DNA of 64,000 nt from Candidatus Thalassarchaeaceae archaeon (GTDB taxonomy: Archaea; Thermoplasmatota; Poseidoniia; Poseidoniales; Thalassarchaeaceae): positions 82,213 through 146,212 of the forward strand of contig JBJLBO010000001.1 of the NCBI GenBank assembly GCA_045568115.1, written 5' to 3'. The notes beneath the pieces were generated by a model, which searched no databases, had not been told where the DNA came from, and worked only from the letters and a program-made list of their open reading frames with translations. Below, piece after piece: positions 21,979 through 31,707 of this stretch (the first letter of the stretch is position 1; each line of letters opens with the position of its first letter). The position numbers and the translations under genes were made by a program.

Positions 21979-23259
21979 TCAAAGTGCTCGATGACCTATG
22001 TCAGAACGGTAGTGAGAACCCTCAAGTTCGATTTCATTCATTAGAGCATAAGAGCACTCTAAAGCCAAGTGTAAATTAGGAGCAATTGCTGTTGCTGCTA
22101 GCACCCTACCTCCAGTTGACAATAGGCTCCCATCATCTAGTAATTCAGCACCGGCGTAATGAACAAATCCTACAATATCTCCTTCCTCAATCCTTGATTT
22201 AGCACCTTTAATCTCGCGGCCAGTCTCAGAAGATGTAGGGTAACCTTCTGATGCTAGAACTACTGTAACTGCCGATTTATTGCTGAATTTTGGACTAATA
22301 CCTGAAAGATTACCTTCGGCCGTAGCCAGAAGTAACTCACCGAGATCATTCTCAATTAATGGAATAGTCACCTGTGTTTCAGGATCTCCAAAACGAACAT
22401 TATACTCAACAACGTTAGGTGCTCCATTTTCATCTATCATCAATCCAACATACAAAACTCCACGATACGGAATCTGCTGGTTTCGAAGGTAGTGGTGCAT
22501 AGGCTCAACAATCTCATCGATTGCTCTTTGACGGACGGCAGGAGTAACTACTGGAGCTGGAGCGTATGCTCCCATGCCGCCAGTGTTTGGACCAGTATCT
22601 CCTTCACCTACTCTTTTGTGATCTTGGCTCGCCGGCAAACAAAGATAGCCCGATTCATCCATTAGAACAAGCATTGAAGCCTCTTCACCAGAAAGAAATT
22701 CCTCGAGTAAAACAAAACCATCCGTTTTTATTGAGTTGGAAATGAACTCAGATGCTTCAACATCATCTGAAGTAACCACGACTCCTTTTCCTGCAGCTAA
22801 TACATCTCTCTTGATTACCCAAGGCGATTCAAAAGTCGCAAGAGCTTTTTTGATATCAGATTCTGCATCAAGAACTAGAACACCTCCAGTTGGAATTCCA
22901 AGATTCTGCATCACTCTCTTAGCGTGAAGTTTTGATCCCTCGAGTGCAGCCCCCTGACTGTGAGGCCCGAAACTTGGAATTCCAATATCTCGTAGATGAT
23001 CAGACAAACCTGCTACTAAAGGGGCCTCGGGTCCAATGACGACAAGGTCTGCACTAATTTCGGAAGCTAATTCTCCAACTGCTACAACGTCTGTAACACT
23101 CACATCGTGATTGATGCCGACTAAAGCAGTTCCAGCATTTCCAGGACAAGCATGCACATCTCCAACTGATTCACTTTCTACAAGACCTATGGCAAGAGCG
23201 TGTTCACGACCACCGCCTCCTACAATGAGTACAGTCATACCTGCCATGTTTGCCCGCAT
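21979..23259 (-). CDS. purD: Phosphoribosylamine--glycine ligase (GAR synthetase); the likely true start is MTVLIVGGGGREHA at 23238
   Basis: N-terminal LIVGGGGREHAL signature. ATP-grasp body. Full-length colinearity with PurD. Confidence 0.9.
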   Translation of the reverse strand: MRANMAGMTVLIVGGGGREHALAIGLVESESVGDVHACPGNAGTALVGINHDVSVTDVVAVGELASEISADLVVIGPEAPLVAGLSDHLRDIGIPSFGPHSQGAALEGSKLHAKRVMQNLGIPTGGVLVLDAESDIKKALATFESPWVIKRDVLAAGKGVVVTSDDVEASEFISNSIKTDGFVLLEEFLSGEEASMLVLMDESGYLCLPASQDHKRVGEGDTGPNTGGMGAYAPAPVVTPAVRQRAIDEIVEPMHHYLRNQQIPYRGVLYVGLMIDENGAPNVVEYNVRFGDPETQVTIPLIENDLGELLLATAEGNLSGISPKFSNKSAVTVVLASEGYPTSSETGREIKGAKSRIEEGDIVGFVHYAGAELLDDGSLLSTGGRVLAATAIAPNLHLALECSYALMNEIELEGSHYRSDIGHRAL

Positions 23260-23305
23260 AGGTGCTAAGGAGATAATGAATTCCGAAAGAAAATCTCAAG
23301 AATAA

Positions 23306-23983
23306 TTAATATGGGACTGATTTCAAACCTAGTTTGTATCCTAAGATATTGAAAGACCGGTGGATAATTGGAGTGAGGACCAATATCGCGACTATAGGTG
23401 CCTTCAGACCATCATCCATTATGATTTCTTCACTGAATAATACTGCTGCTGCTGCGAAAATGAACAAGGCAAAAGGCATCGTATCCAATAGAGGTGCTTC
23501 TGAACTTTCATCACCTTCTCTCTTCAAGCCTCTCCTACGCTTGAAAAATGAACCAGTCATATCTCCCAACATACAAGCAAATCCTAATGTGAATCCTAAA
23601 ATGAATGCAGCGCCATATTCGCCGCCAATCCAATACCAATCGGAACTATTCGCATCAAAAAGAGGATCGATGAATGGACGGGCATCGGAATTAATCCGGC
23701 CTCTCCAAATCACATGAGCTAAAATCATTAGAAGACCTGAAAAAGTAGCTCCACCAAACAAACCCTCCCAAGATTTGCCATCCCCCAATAAGCGATAGCC
23801 ATCTGAATAATTACGCCCTCCATCGATCTTATGATTTACAAATTCAAATTTGTCAGGTAGCCATTTACCGAATAACATAGCACCAGTATTTGCTAGGTAG
23901 GCTGGACCATAAATCATTAGCACAGTAAGTACATTGAAGAAGAAACCTAGTGGTTCTGATGACTCAAAAAGTGTATCACTCAT
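23306..23983 (-). CDS. carS: CDP-archaeol synthase-like (CarS/CdsA-family CTP transferase) integral membrane protein
   Basis: Several TM helices. Motifs DGKSWEG and GDMTGSFFKRRRG match the CarS/CdsA cytidylyltransferase signature (GxxKTxEG ... GDxxxSFxKRR). Confidence 0.55.
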   Translation of the reverse strand: MSDTLFESSEPLGFFFNVLTVLMIYGPAYLANTGAMLFGKWLPDKFEFVNHKIDGGRNYSDGYRLLGDGKSWEGLFGGATFSGLLMILAHVIWRGRINSDARPFIDPLFDANSSDWYWIGGEYGAAFILGFTLGFACMLGDMTGSFFKRRRGLKREGDESSEAPLLDTMPFALFIFAAAAVLFSEEIIMDDGLKAPIVAILVLTPIIHRSFNILGYKLGLKSVPY

Positions 23984-24109
23984 GTTATCCCATAGGCAAC
24001 GAGAGACACATCAGCAATGAACTCTCTCTCAGAGATATATGTGAAAACAGGGAATAAATTAACCATGCCGCCGATTCGTTAATTTGGCACTTATTATTGT
24101 CGAATCATT

Positions 24110-25792
24110 ATGAGTAAGGGCCAATCCCTAACTATGACGATTATTCTGCTGTTTTCACTGATTATTGGTATTCCTCAAGTTGTAAATGCAGAAGACGGAG
24201 AAATCTTGATTGATTCTGCAGTAGAATGGGTTGACGATCAAACCTTCTCGGACAATTTACGGATTGTTAACGGAGGGTCATTAACAATTTCAAGTGCAGT
24301 AATTAGTATGGAAGATGATGCGAAGATTATCGTTGAAGAGGGGGGCGAATTGAATATAGATTCATCAGAAGTAAATGCACTTAACCCCCCAACGGAACTC
24401 AGAGGATACGGGTACTCAGATGAAGAAAATAGATCCGCGATTCTAATCCCCGGTTCAGATTACGATAGTGATTTTTCTGTTACTTTCCATGCACCAGAGG
24501 GCGAGTCATTTTACGGAGGACTTGCTTATATTGGCGTAAACGAGCAAGTTGACATAGATGGTTCAGAATTTACAATTGAATTCAACGATTCAACTAATGA
24601 TATTTGGATAGGCCTGATAGGGATTGGTAACAAACAAGTATGTGTTTCTTCAATAACAATTGCTCCAGATCTGGGAACTGAAATTACATACGATGCAGTA
24701 GAAATGCAATTTAGAAATATGATGGCTAAAGGGGATGCGGGATTTTCAATATCAATTAGTGGAAATTTAGATATCCAAGATTCAACAATATATGGCGGCG
24801 AAATAATTGTTGACGGCTCTGCCTTAATACATAATTCTAACATTGCATTTACCGGGCCTATAATTGCTGAATCAATAGATTCTAATGTATCAATAACGGG
24901 AACTACTGAATTCAGCATGAGTAAAGATGATCATGATGTCCGTTTACACGCAAAATCACAATTTCACTGGGGTGATGAAGCTACAGGGAGTGGGGGGCAT
25001 ACCGATAGATGGGAACGACGTGTTTCTAATCAGCAAGTTGAGTTTGATGCAATTAATGTATTATTTAGAGTAATAAACATGGGCCCTGATGAAGTGACAT
25101 CTCCAACATATATTAGTGATGAAAATGGAATTGGTAATATTAACTCAGGCAATGAAAGAGTTGTAGAGATTGGTTGGGCTGATGGCAGTGTTTGGACTGA
25201 GAATGCTGAAATTGAGATTGTAGAATATCGAACGGGATGGAATATGGACCTAGATTTAGATAATTATGGAGGAGTCTACATCCCATTATCTTGGGAACCA
25301 ATAATCGTTATTGATTCAAATATCCCTTACCTCGAATGGCTCACCTTAGAAATCAATAATACAGAAGAACAAGCAGCTCTTGACTTAGGTGTGCAAATGG
25401 CTGCAACTATTACAAATCAAGGGACTGCTTCTGCAGTATTTTTCCTCAGTTGTGAAATTACCGAAACCGGAGTTTCTACTAGTGTAACGCCAACATTTCC
25501 GGGAGGAGAAAAAATAGATCCAGGGACAGAAGTAACAATTTATTTTACATGGAGGCACAATACAGAGGGAGATGCAGGGATTACTTGCAATATACTCACC
25601 CCATCACAACTAGTAGATGACGATGCATTTGGCGGAGGCTCAGCTAGTTCTGCCTCGATAAATTGGTATCAACCAGATGACGATGAGGAGGGGTCAGCAA
25701 TTCCTATCCTAATTGCACTCTTAGTCGGTGCAGCCATCACAGGGTTTGCATCCTACAGAATGATGCAACGAACTAGTTCTGATGAAGAATAA
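24110..25792 (+). CDS. Secreted surface protein with signal peptide and C-terminal TM anchor plus a short acidic tail; function unknown
   Basis: N-terminus MTIILLFSLIIGIPQVVNA (signal peptide). C-terminus AIPILIALLVGAAITGFASYRMMQRTSSDEE. Confidence 0.5.
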   Translation: MSKGQSLTMTIILLFSLIIGIPQVVNAEDGEILIDSAVEWVDDQTFSDNLRIVNGGSLTISSAVISMEDDAKIIVEEGGELNIDSSEVNALNPPTELRGYGYSDEENRSAILIPGSDYDSDFSVTFHAPEGESFYGGLAYIGVNEQVDIDGSEFTIEFNDSTNDIWIGLIGIGNKQVCVSSITIAPDLGTEITYDAVEMQFRNMMAKGDAGFSISISGNLDIQDSTIYGGEIIVDGSALIHNSNIAFTGPIIAESIDSNVSITGTTEFSMSKDDHDVRLHAKSQFHWGDEATGSGGHTDRWERRVSNQQVEFDAINVLFRVINMGPDEVTSPTYISDENGIGNINSGNERVVEIGWADGSVWTENAEIEIVEYRTGWNMDLDLDNYGGVYIPLSWEPIIVIDSNIPYLEWLTLEINNTEEQAALDLGVQMAATITNQGTASAVFFLSCEITETGVSTSVTPTFPGGEKIDPGTEVTIYFTWRHNTEGDAGITCNILTPSQLVDDDAFGGGSASSASINWYQPDDDEEGSAIPILIALLVGAAITGFASYRMMQRTSSDEE

Positions 25793-25803
25793 TCTCAGAC
25801 CTA

Positions 25804-27021
25804 TCAACAAGAGTTGACTTGAGTCCAAGCCTCTTCGTTCGCAGGAGATGGATTGTCTGGATCATTTGATGCGCCTTCTTCAGAGTATTCATAGAATGTT
25901 GTTGCAGTGTGTGCAGTACTAACGTCCCATGGTATAGATTGAGTTACAGTCACAGTAAATTCATAGCACCCATAATCGCTTTCCACCCAATCATCCTTTG
26001 GGATGTAGAAAATATTGTTCTCAATGTCTTCAATAGACCCAGAAAGAACTAATTCGGATCCAAAGTCTCCTACCATAGCATAACCGGAGCCGTATTCACC
26101 GCTTTGGGAATCCCAAGAAGCCTCGCCGTTTACGACATTAACATGAGGAAACTCAATTGCATTAGAGCCATCCTTCGATAGAATAGCATCCAATTCAAAA
26201 TCTGCATGAGCTAGTGGCGCAGGAGGATTTCCTACTAATGTCTGTAAACCAATCCATGATTTTAGCCCTACACCGATAACACAATTGTCCTTGTTATTAT
26301 CACAGTCGTTCCCCTCGCCCATAATAGGGATAGTGCCACTCTTTACGTCAGTAACTGTTCGCTCAAGGTGAGTGGGATTCAAGATGAATGTGTCACTAGA
26401 ACTACCTGTGTCAATTATGATCTTGTATTGATTATTATCATCGGCATTACCATTATAGAAATCTACTATATTTAGTGTCAATAATCCATATTTTCCATAA
26501 CCATCTTCTCGATTAATTGAAAATGACATAGAAGTACTCCAAACCTCATCTCCATCGTATGTTACTGAAATGTCAGCATCACCAGATGAAGAGCCAAAGA
26601 GACCACCAGATTCACGAAGTGTTAGTTCAATCGTTTGAGCATCTGAAGACAATTCACTATCTGTAATTGTGATTGAACTAGATGTGACACTCATGGCCAA
26701 AAATGGAGAAGATAGGAGCAATATTAGAACTACTGCTATCGGTCCTGCGAATTTCTTACCTGTGGCATTAAAAATGAACCAGAATGAAACTCCTGCAAGA
26801 ATTATAGGGACAATCAGAATCAAGGCGAAATCACTCTGAATAGATGGATCTGAAAAAACCCACATCAGAATTACAGATAATAGGCCGGACACTAAACCAA
26901 TCTTCGAAGAGTTACCAAGATTAATGACTCCTGATTTTTCATCTGAAACACTTGTTGCAACAATCTCATCATTTGTCTCTTGAGCTTCCATTGCCTTCTG
27001 AAGTAGTCCACCATTGCTCAT
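25804..27021 (-). CDS. Membrane protein with about 3 N-terminal TM helices and a large extracellular domain; hypothetical
   Basis: Hydrophobic segments LVSGLLSVILMWVF, LILIVPIILAGVSFWFIF, IAVVLILLLSSPFLAM. No recognisable catalytic motif. Confidence 0.45.
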   Translation of the reverse strand: MSNGGLLQKAMEAQETNDEIVATSVSDEKSGVINLGNSSKIGLVSGLLSVILMWVFSDPSIQSDFALILIVPIILAGVSFWFIFNATGKKFAGPIAVVLILLLSSPFLAMSVTSSSITITDSELSSDAQTIELTLRESGGLFGSSSGDADISVTYDGDEVWSTSMSFSINREDGYGKYGLLTLNIVDFYNGNADDNNQYKIIIDTGSSSDTFILNPTHLERTVTDVKSGTIPIMGEGNDCDNNKDNCVIGVGLKSWIGLQTLVGNPPAPLAHADFELDAILSKDGSNAIEFPHVNVVNGEASWDSQSGEYGSGYAMVGDFGSELVLSGSIEDIENNIFYIPKDDWVESDYGCYEFTVTVTQSIPWDVSTAHTATTFYEYSEEGASNDPDNPSPANEEAWTQVNSC

Positions 27022-27115
27022 CTGTATAGCCTCTCTAGTAGCCTAGGCGTCGTCACACCTCGGTTATCAACCCGTTGCCAACATACGTTAACAATGATTC
27101 ATTGAATTGTAGTTG

Positions 27116-28054
27116 TCAGAAAATGCGAGAGTCTAATTCGACTAATTCTGATTCGTCATCAGATTCCCTAGAGGTGCGCCCAGCAAATGCAGCAGCGGCC
27201 AATGCGGTCATCATCATAGTTCCAATTAATTCAAACCCAGGCAGATAAACACCCCTAATGTATACAGTCATTGTTTGAATTTGGTAATTTGGGATACCTT
27301 CAGTTCTAACCGAATACTCTGAAGTGGCCTTAAATTGTAAAGAGAAATATTTGTCAGTCCAACCTTGATTTTTCGGAGTTCTCATTTGAACTCTTATCTT
27401 TTCAGGGGGAGCCATGGATTCAATTTCAACACTAACTAATGGGATACTGAGTTGGAACCCTTCATCGTTTAGTTCGTCATAATTTTGAACCTCGATATTG
27501 AATCGATCCATGGCGTTTCCATCATTGTATACATCAAAAATCAAATTATAATCAACCTTTGGTCTCAATTGCAAAAACGCAACTTCTGAAGCAACTCTCA
27601 ATCGACTAAACTGACGAATAATTGCCATGATGTTGTAAGAAGTTGGATCACTCGTTACAGGTATCCCATTCGCCATTGTCACTTCCGCAGAGATACTTAC
27701 TTGGTGCTGTCCTTCAGGGGCTCTCAATTCAGCACGTATACTGACTTGGAATGCAACCTCTGAACCACTACCTACAGTTAATGAGGCAGGGCCAGATACT
27801 GCAAGAACTCCGGCTTGAATGGTAATCCTTACCTTCTCTTGATGGACAGTTGGATTTTCAACTCTACAATTAATGATAGATGAACGGGTTGCTCCAGGAT
27901 AAACATCAATTGGTTGAGGTTGATCACATGATAAACTGACGTCAGGAACTGGACCAGTCTGAGCCTGTACTGCTGCTACTCCTGCCCATGTACTCAAGAA
28001 GTAAACTGCCAGCATCATCAGGGCAGGTCGAACAGAACGTGCGGCACTCATCAC
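27116..28054 (-). CDS. Secreted protein with signal peptide and a PGF-CTERM-like C-terminal anchor (PGF + TM + basic residues) extended by an acidic tail
   Basis: N-terminus RPALMMLAVYFLSTWAGVAAVQAQ. C-terminus LPGFELIGTMMMTALAAAAFAGRTSRESDDESELVELDSRIF. Confidence 0.5.
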   Translation of the reverse strand: MMSAARSVRPALMMLAVYFLSTWAGVAAVQAQTGPVPDVSLSCDQPQPIDVYPGATRSSIINCRVENPTVHQEKVRITIQAGVLAVSGPASLTVGSGSEVAFQVSIRAELRAPEGQHQVSISAEVTMANGIPVTSDPTSYNIMAIIRQFSRLRVASEVAFLQLRPKVDYNLIFDVYNDGNAMDRFNIEVQNYDELNDEGFQLSIPLVSVEIESMAPPEKIRVQMRTPKNQGWTDKYFSLQFKATSEYSVRTEGIPNYQIQTMTVYIRGVYLPGFELIGTMMMTALAAAAFAGRTSRESDDESELVELDSRIF

Positions 28055-28168
28055 AGTAAGGCCGACTCAGGCCGTATTTGAGTATTAGCCTGAAAGGCTT
28101 CGATAAGTTGCTGGATTCGTTAGTTTACGGAATAATGCAATTCTCTAACTAAAGTAAGTATATTTCAC

Positions 28169-28176
28169 AAAAAAAA
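28169..28176 (-). terminator. T8 tract (minus strand) about 18 nt downstream of the tRNA-Met 3' end; archaeal oligo-T terminator candidate
   Basis: Plus-strand A8 run at 28169-28176, directly 3' of the minus-strand tRNA. Confidence 0.4.
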
Positions 28177-28193
28177 GCGAAATATGTGAATTT

Positions 28194-28270
28194 TGGTGGA
28201 CCCGACCGGATTTGAACCGATGGCCACTCGGTTATGAGCCGAGCGCTCTAACCAACTGAGCTACGGGTCC
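28194..28270 (-). tRNA. tRNA-Met (anticodon CAU), encoded 3' CCA
   Basis: The reverse complement gives GGACCCGTAGCTCAGTTGGTTAGAGCGCTCGGCTCATAACCGAGTGGCCATCGGTTCAAATCCGGTCGGGTCCACCA. 7-bp acceptor stem, GTTCAAATC T-loop, anticodon loop CT-CAT-AA. Confidence 0.9.
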
Positions 28271-28402
28271 TGATGATGTCTCGAAGGTGATTGAGGGATG
28301 AACCTTGTTCTCAAGGAAGGTGAAATGTATCAGCGGCTTTGCTACATTTTCGGGGGTTGGCTTCAGTGAATGTTCAAGGGTAGGTTAACTATCGCGTAAC
28401 AC

Positions 28403-29971
28403 ATGGCGAAGCTTTGGGTAATGTTCTTCACTTCTCTACTACTTGTTTCAACAATGAATTTCTATGCTGTTATTCGCGAACCCGATATGATTGAGATCGA
28501 TGAGATTCATGAATACCCAAGAGAAACTGTCAAGGTTTTAGGAGTACTAACTAGTTTCGTTGTTGACCCGTATGGTGAACAATCAGATAGGATTGATTTA
28601 CAAATCCGCGAAGTTGATGGACATTCAATGGCAGAAGTACGATGGTATGTTGATAGAGACATTGACGTGCCGCCAATAGGAACAATTGTTACAGTTGAAG
28701 GAGAAGTAACTGAGTGGAATGGGAGAATTTGGTTATCGTCCAACGGGTATGGGGCAATTCATTGTGCAGACTCAAAATGTGATGGTGTTGAATATACTGC
28801 AGTTCAAATTGTGGAAGTCGCAATGAACCCTGCAGATTATGCAAATATGTCGGTTAGAGTTGATGGGTTCCTAAGTGAAGCTCTAGAGCCTGATGTGACT
28901 TACCACTCATTGAGCCTGATGGATAATCCATCCTATGGCAACGCCGACCATTTACTGTATATGCAAATTGAAGGACGTGTGATGGAGTGGGTAGAAGCGG
29001 GAAGTCATGTAGAAATTTCTGGTTGGCTACAATATGACCAGCGATCTCTACGCTGGCGCCTTTTGGTTCAAGCTACTGCTATCGAAGTTCTTAATCAAGG
29101 GTCAACCGTTGATTTGTCTTGGGAATTAGAGCCATACTCTCTATCATATGAAGTAGGGAAATTAGTTGCAATCGAAGGTGATGTGACTAAACATAATGAT
29201 GGTTGGTGGTTATTAGGCCCCTCTCCAAATGATGTGCTTTGCTTTTTACCCTCTCCTGAAGACCTCGGAGATGACATAGAAGGAGTCAACAAAGTTTGGA
29301 CTGGGAGGCTAATGTGGTCAACTGATGAAGCCATAATTTGTCTTGATAGAGGGTTCAATGCTTCGGCCATAACACCAGTAGTTGAAGAAGGGGAAGCATC
29401 GCTTCTTGATGTCGCCCAATCACCTTTTGATCACATCAATATCCATTGCATCGATGGATGTACATTTAGTGGCTGGGTCACTGACCCTATTTCTCCTGAC
29501 TATGACAAGGGTTATGTCGGCGATGGGCCCGATTATTATTCACGCTCAACAAAACTCAGATTCCAATTGATTGGAGAACACGCTGAGTGGATTGAAGGCG
29601 GACAAGAAATTCTATTCAACGCTACAATCACTTGGTCTGAAAGTGAGGGAAGAGTCATCCTAGAAGCACGAACTTGGACTCTAGTAGGAGATGCGCCGGA
29701 ACCTAACCGTCTTAATTGGGGTGATGGTTACAACTCATGGAAATGGGATATAGGGAAGTTGGTTGTGATTAATGGAGAAGCAGCGATGGACGAGGATGGA
29801 AATCAGTGGATTGAGCGTTCGGGTTCAGATGAGCATTTGTGCCTTCTAGGAGATGGCACTGAGGCCAGCCAACAACAATCGATTGGAGAACCTATTGACT
29901 GGACTGGAAGACTTTCGACAGCAGAAGAAAGTGTTGGAAATACAATGCAATTCTGCTTAGATATTCGTTGA
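28403..29971 (+). CDS. Secreted protein (signal peptide) built from 4-5 degenerate ~90-100-aa repeats; no C-terminal anchor; function unknown
   Basis: N-terminus MAKLWVMFFTSLLLVSTMNFYA. Repeats share (V/I)GKLV(A/V)I(E/N)G(D/E)...W...C(F/L)L...WTGRL...C; for example VGKLVAIEGDVTKHNDGWWLLG...WTGRLMWS and IGKLVVINGEAAMDEDGNQWIE...WTGRLSTA. Confidence 0.5.
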   Translation: MAKLWVMFFTSLLLVSTMNFYAVIREPDMIEIDEIHEYPRETVKVLGVLTSFVVDPYGEQSDRIDLQIREVDGHSMAEVRWYVDRDIDVPPIGTIVTVEGEVTEWNGRIWLSSNGYGAIHCADSKCDGVEYTAVQIVEVAMNPADYANMSVRVDGFLSEALEPDVTYHSLSLMDNPSYGNADHLLYMQIEGRVMEWVEAGSHVEISGWLQYDQRSLRWRLLVQATAIEVLNQGSTVDLSWELEPYSLSYEVGKLVAIEGDVTKHNDGWWLLGPSPNDVLCFLPSPEDLGDDIEGVNKVWTGRLMWSTDEAIICLDRGFNASAITPVVEEGEASLLDVAQSPFDHINIHCIDGCTFSGWVTDPISPDYDKGYVGDGPDYYSRSTKLRFQLIGEHAEWIEGGQEILFNATITWSESEGRVILEARTWTLVGDAPEPNRLNWGDGYNSWKWDIGKLVVINGEAAMDEDGNQWIERSGSDEHLCLLGDGTEASQQQSIGEPIDWTGRLSTAEESVGNTMQFCLDIR

Positions 29972-29980
29972 GGTGATTCT

Positions 29981-31636
29981 GTGGACCCCTGGTTATTGGA
30001 CTTCGCTTGGCTCATCGCTTCGTTCATCTTCGGGATTTTTCTTGGCTGTCTAACTGGTTTGATTCCTGGATTCCACGTTAACAATGTTGCATTGATTGCT
30101 CTTTCACTCTCACCTGTCGCAGTAGGGATTGGGATTCCACTGGATGCCGTTGCAGGGATTATCGTAGCCTGTGGAACTGTACACACTTTCCTGAATTATA
30201 TCCCAAGCGCCTTGGTCGGTGCACCTGATGACAACATGGCTCTTGCTTTACTGCCAGGGCATAGAATGTTGATTTCAGGTCAAGCCGCGCAGGGTGTTGC
30301 TTATTCGGCACGTGGCTCACAAATGGGAATGCTGATGTCAATTCCTCTTCTAATAGTAGCTCGACTACTTTTCGGAGACAATCCAGGGCTAGGATTGTAT
30401 GAGGCTAGTCGAGACCAATTGCCTTGGCTTTTACTATTCATCTCAGTCTTCCTTATTCTAACCGAAACCACACGGCTACCTTGGCCTGAATGGTCTCAAA
30501 AGATAACTCAAAAACTAAATTTCCCTCTCAAAAAGAGAATCGAATTCAATATTCCTCTCGGCAAATTTAGCATCCGTAGGCGCTATGATTCCATTGACTT
30601 ACGCCTCGGTGCAAGCTCTAGAACCGCAGGTATTCTAGTTGCTACCTCTTATTTCCTATTAACCGGATTTTATGGCTGGGCTGTATTCGAATTGCCCGCC
30701 CGCTCACCTGTTGGAATTCCCTCAGCATCCTTACTGTTCCCAAGCCTTGCAGGTCTATTCGGTATTGCTAATCTTATTGACATATATGTTACAACTAGTG
30801 AGATTCCACCTCAAGAAAACAATTGGGATATGCCGCCTTGGAAACCACTTGCAGTACCTACTTTCCTTTCAGCGGTTGTTTCCTCGGTAATGGCTATCCT
30901 TCCTGGAATGACGGCCGCTCAGGCCACCGTAGTGGTGATGAGTGCGCGAAACTTTTGGGGCAAACTAACAGACCCAAATTACATCCCAGCTGATTTTGAA
31001 CATGGAACTCAACCTGGCTTTGAGAACATGCCTCAAATGATTGCTTTCGAAGGCATGGATGAACTAGAAACTGAAGAACGTCAACTATTCCAAGAGGCCC
31101 TTGCAGAAGCAGGTGCAAGCCCTGATCTCGATCTCGTAAACAATAACCAACAGAGGGACCTAGAAATAATTGCAATTCTCTCATCAGTCAACACAGCAGT
31201 CACAGTAATGGTTCTAGGTTTCCTATACATGGTAGGAAGGCCGCGTTCGGGTGCCGCTCTAGCTCTCAATATGATGTACCCCATAGACATCTGGAATGCT
31301 GTAGAACCTCCAGCCGATTTCATCCGATTATTAGCGATTACAGTGGCCGCTGGATTATTCGCAGTACCTGTAATGATAGAGGTTGGAAAAGGTATGCTGA
31401 AAGTGCACGAACTAGTTCCATTAAGGACACTGGTTCTCTCTGTGTGTATTTTTATCACGATTCTTGTTTACATCTCAACCGATTGGATTGGAGTCGGTAC
31501 ACTTGTGATTGGTACAATGATTGGTTTGATGGCTCCAAGAATTGGGATTAGGCGCTCTCATGGGATGGGCGTGATTCTAGTTCCAATCATGATATACACG
31601 TTTGCGCGTGAATTAGACGCCTTTGGATTTGCCTGA
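29981..31636 (+). CDS. Polytopic membrane protein, possibly TctA/DUF112-family transporter subunit
   Basis: About 12+ TM helices. LTGLIPGFHV and FLNYIPSALVGAPDDNMALALLPGHRM resemble the TctA PGxGP / LNxPGE motifs. Weak assignment. Confidence 0.35.
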   Translation: MDPWLLDFAWLIASFIFGIFLGCLTGLIPGFHVNNVALIALSLSPVAVGIGIPLDAVAGIIVACGTVHTFLNYIPSALVGAPDDNMALALLPGHRMLISGQAAQGVAYSARGSQMGMLMSIPLLIVARLLFGDNPGLGLYEASRDQLPWLLLFISVFLILTETTRLPWPEWSQKITQKLNFPLKKRIEFNIPLGKFSIRRRYDSIDLRLGASSRTAGILVATSYFLLTGFYGWAVFELPARSPVGIPSASLLFPSLAGLFGIANLIDIYVTTSEIPPQENNWDMPPWKPLAVPTFLSAVVSSVMAILPGMTAAQATVVVMSARNFWGKLTDPNYIPADFEHGTQPGFENMPQMIAFEGMDELETEERQLFQEALAEAGASPDLDLVNNNQQRDLEIIAILSSVNTAVTVMVLGFLYMVGRPRSGAALALNMMYPIDIWNAVEPPADFIRLLAITVAAGLFAVPVMIEVGKGMLKVHELVPLRTLVLSVCIFITILVYISTDWIGVGTLVIGTMIGLMAPRIGIRRSHGMGVILVPIMIYTFARELDAFGFA

Positions 31637-31707
31637 AAAAAAAGCGTTGAAAATCACTTCGCACGGATAGAATCTCTTATCTCTCATACACGTGCGTGCA
31701 ACGCTGA

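Noticed and set aside
21639-22079. 146-aa plus-strand ORF spanning the start of the giant AglB gene and the end of purD
   Set aside because: It lies antisense to two well-supported genes, it is Ala/Thr-rich from GC skew of the opposite frame, and it has no motif.
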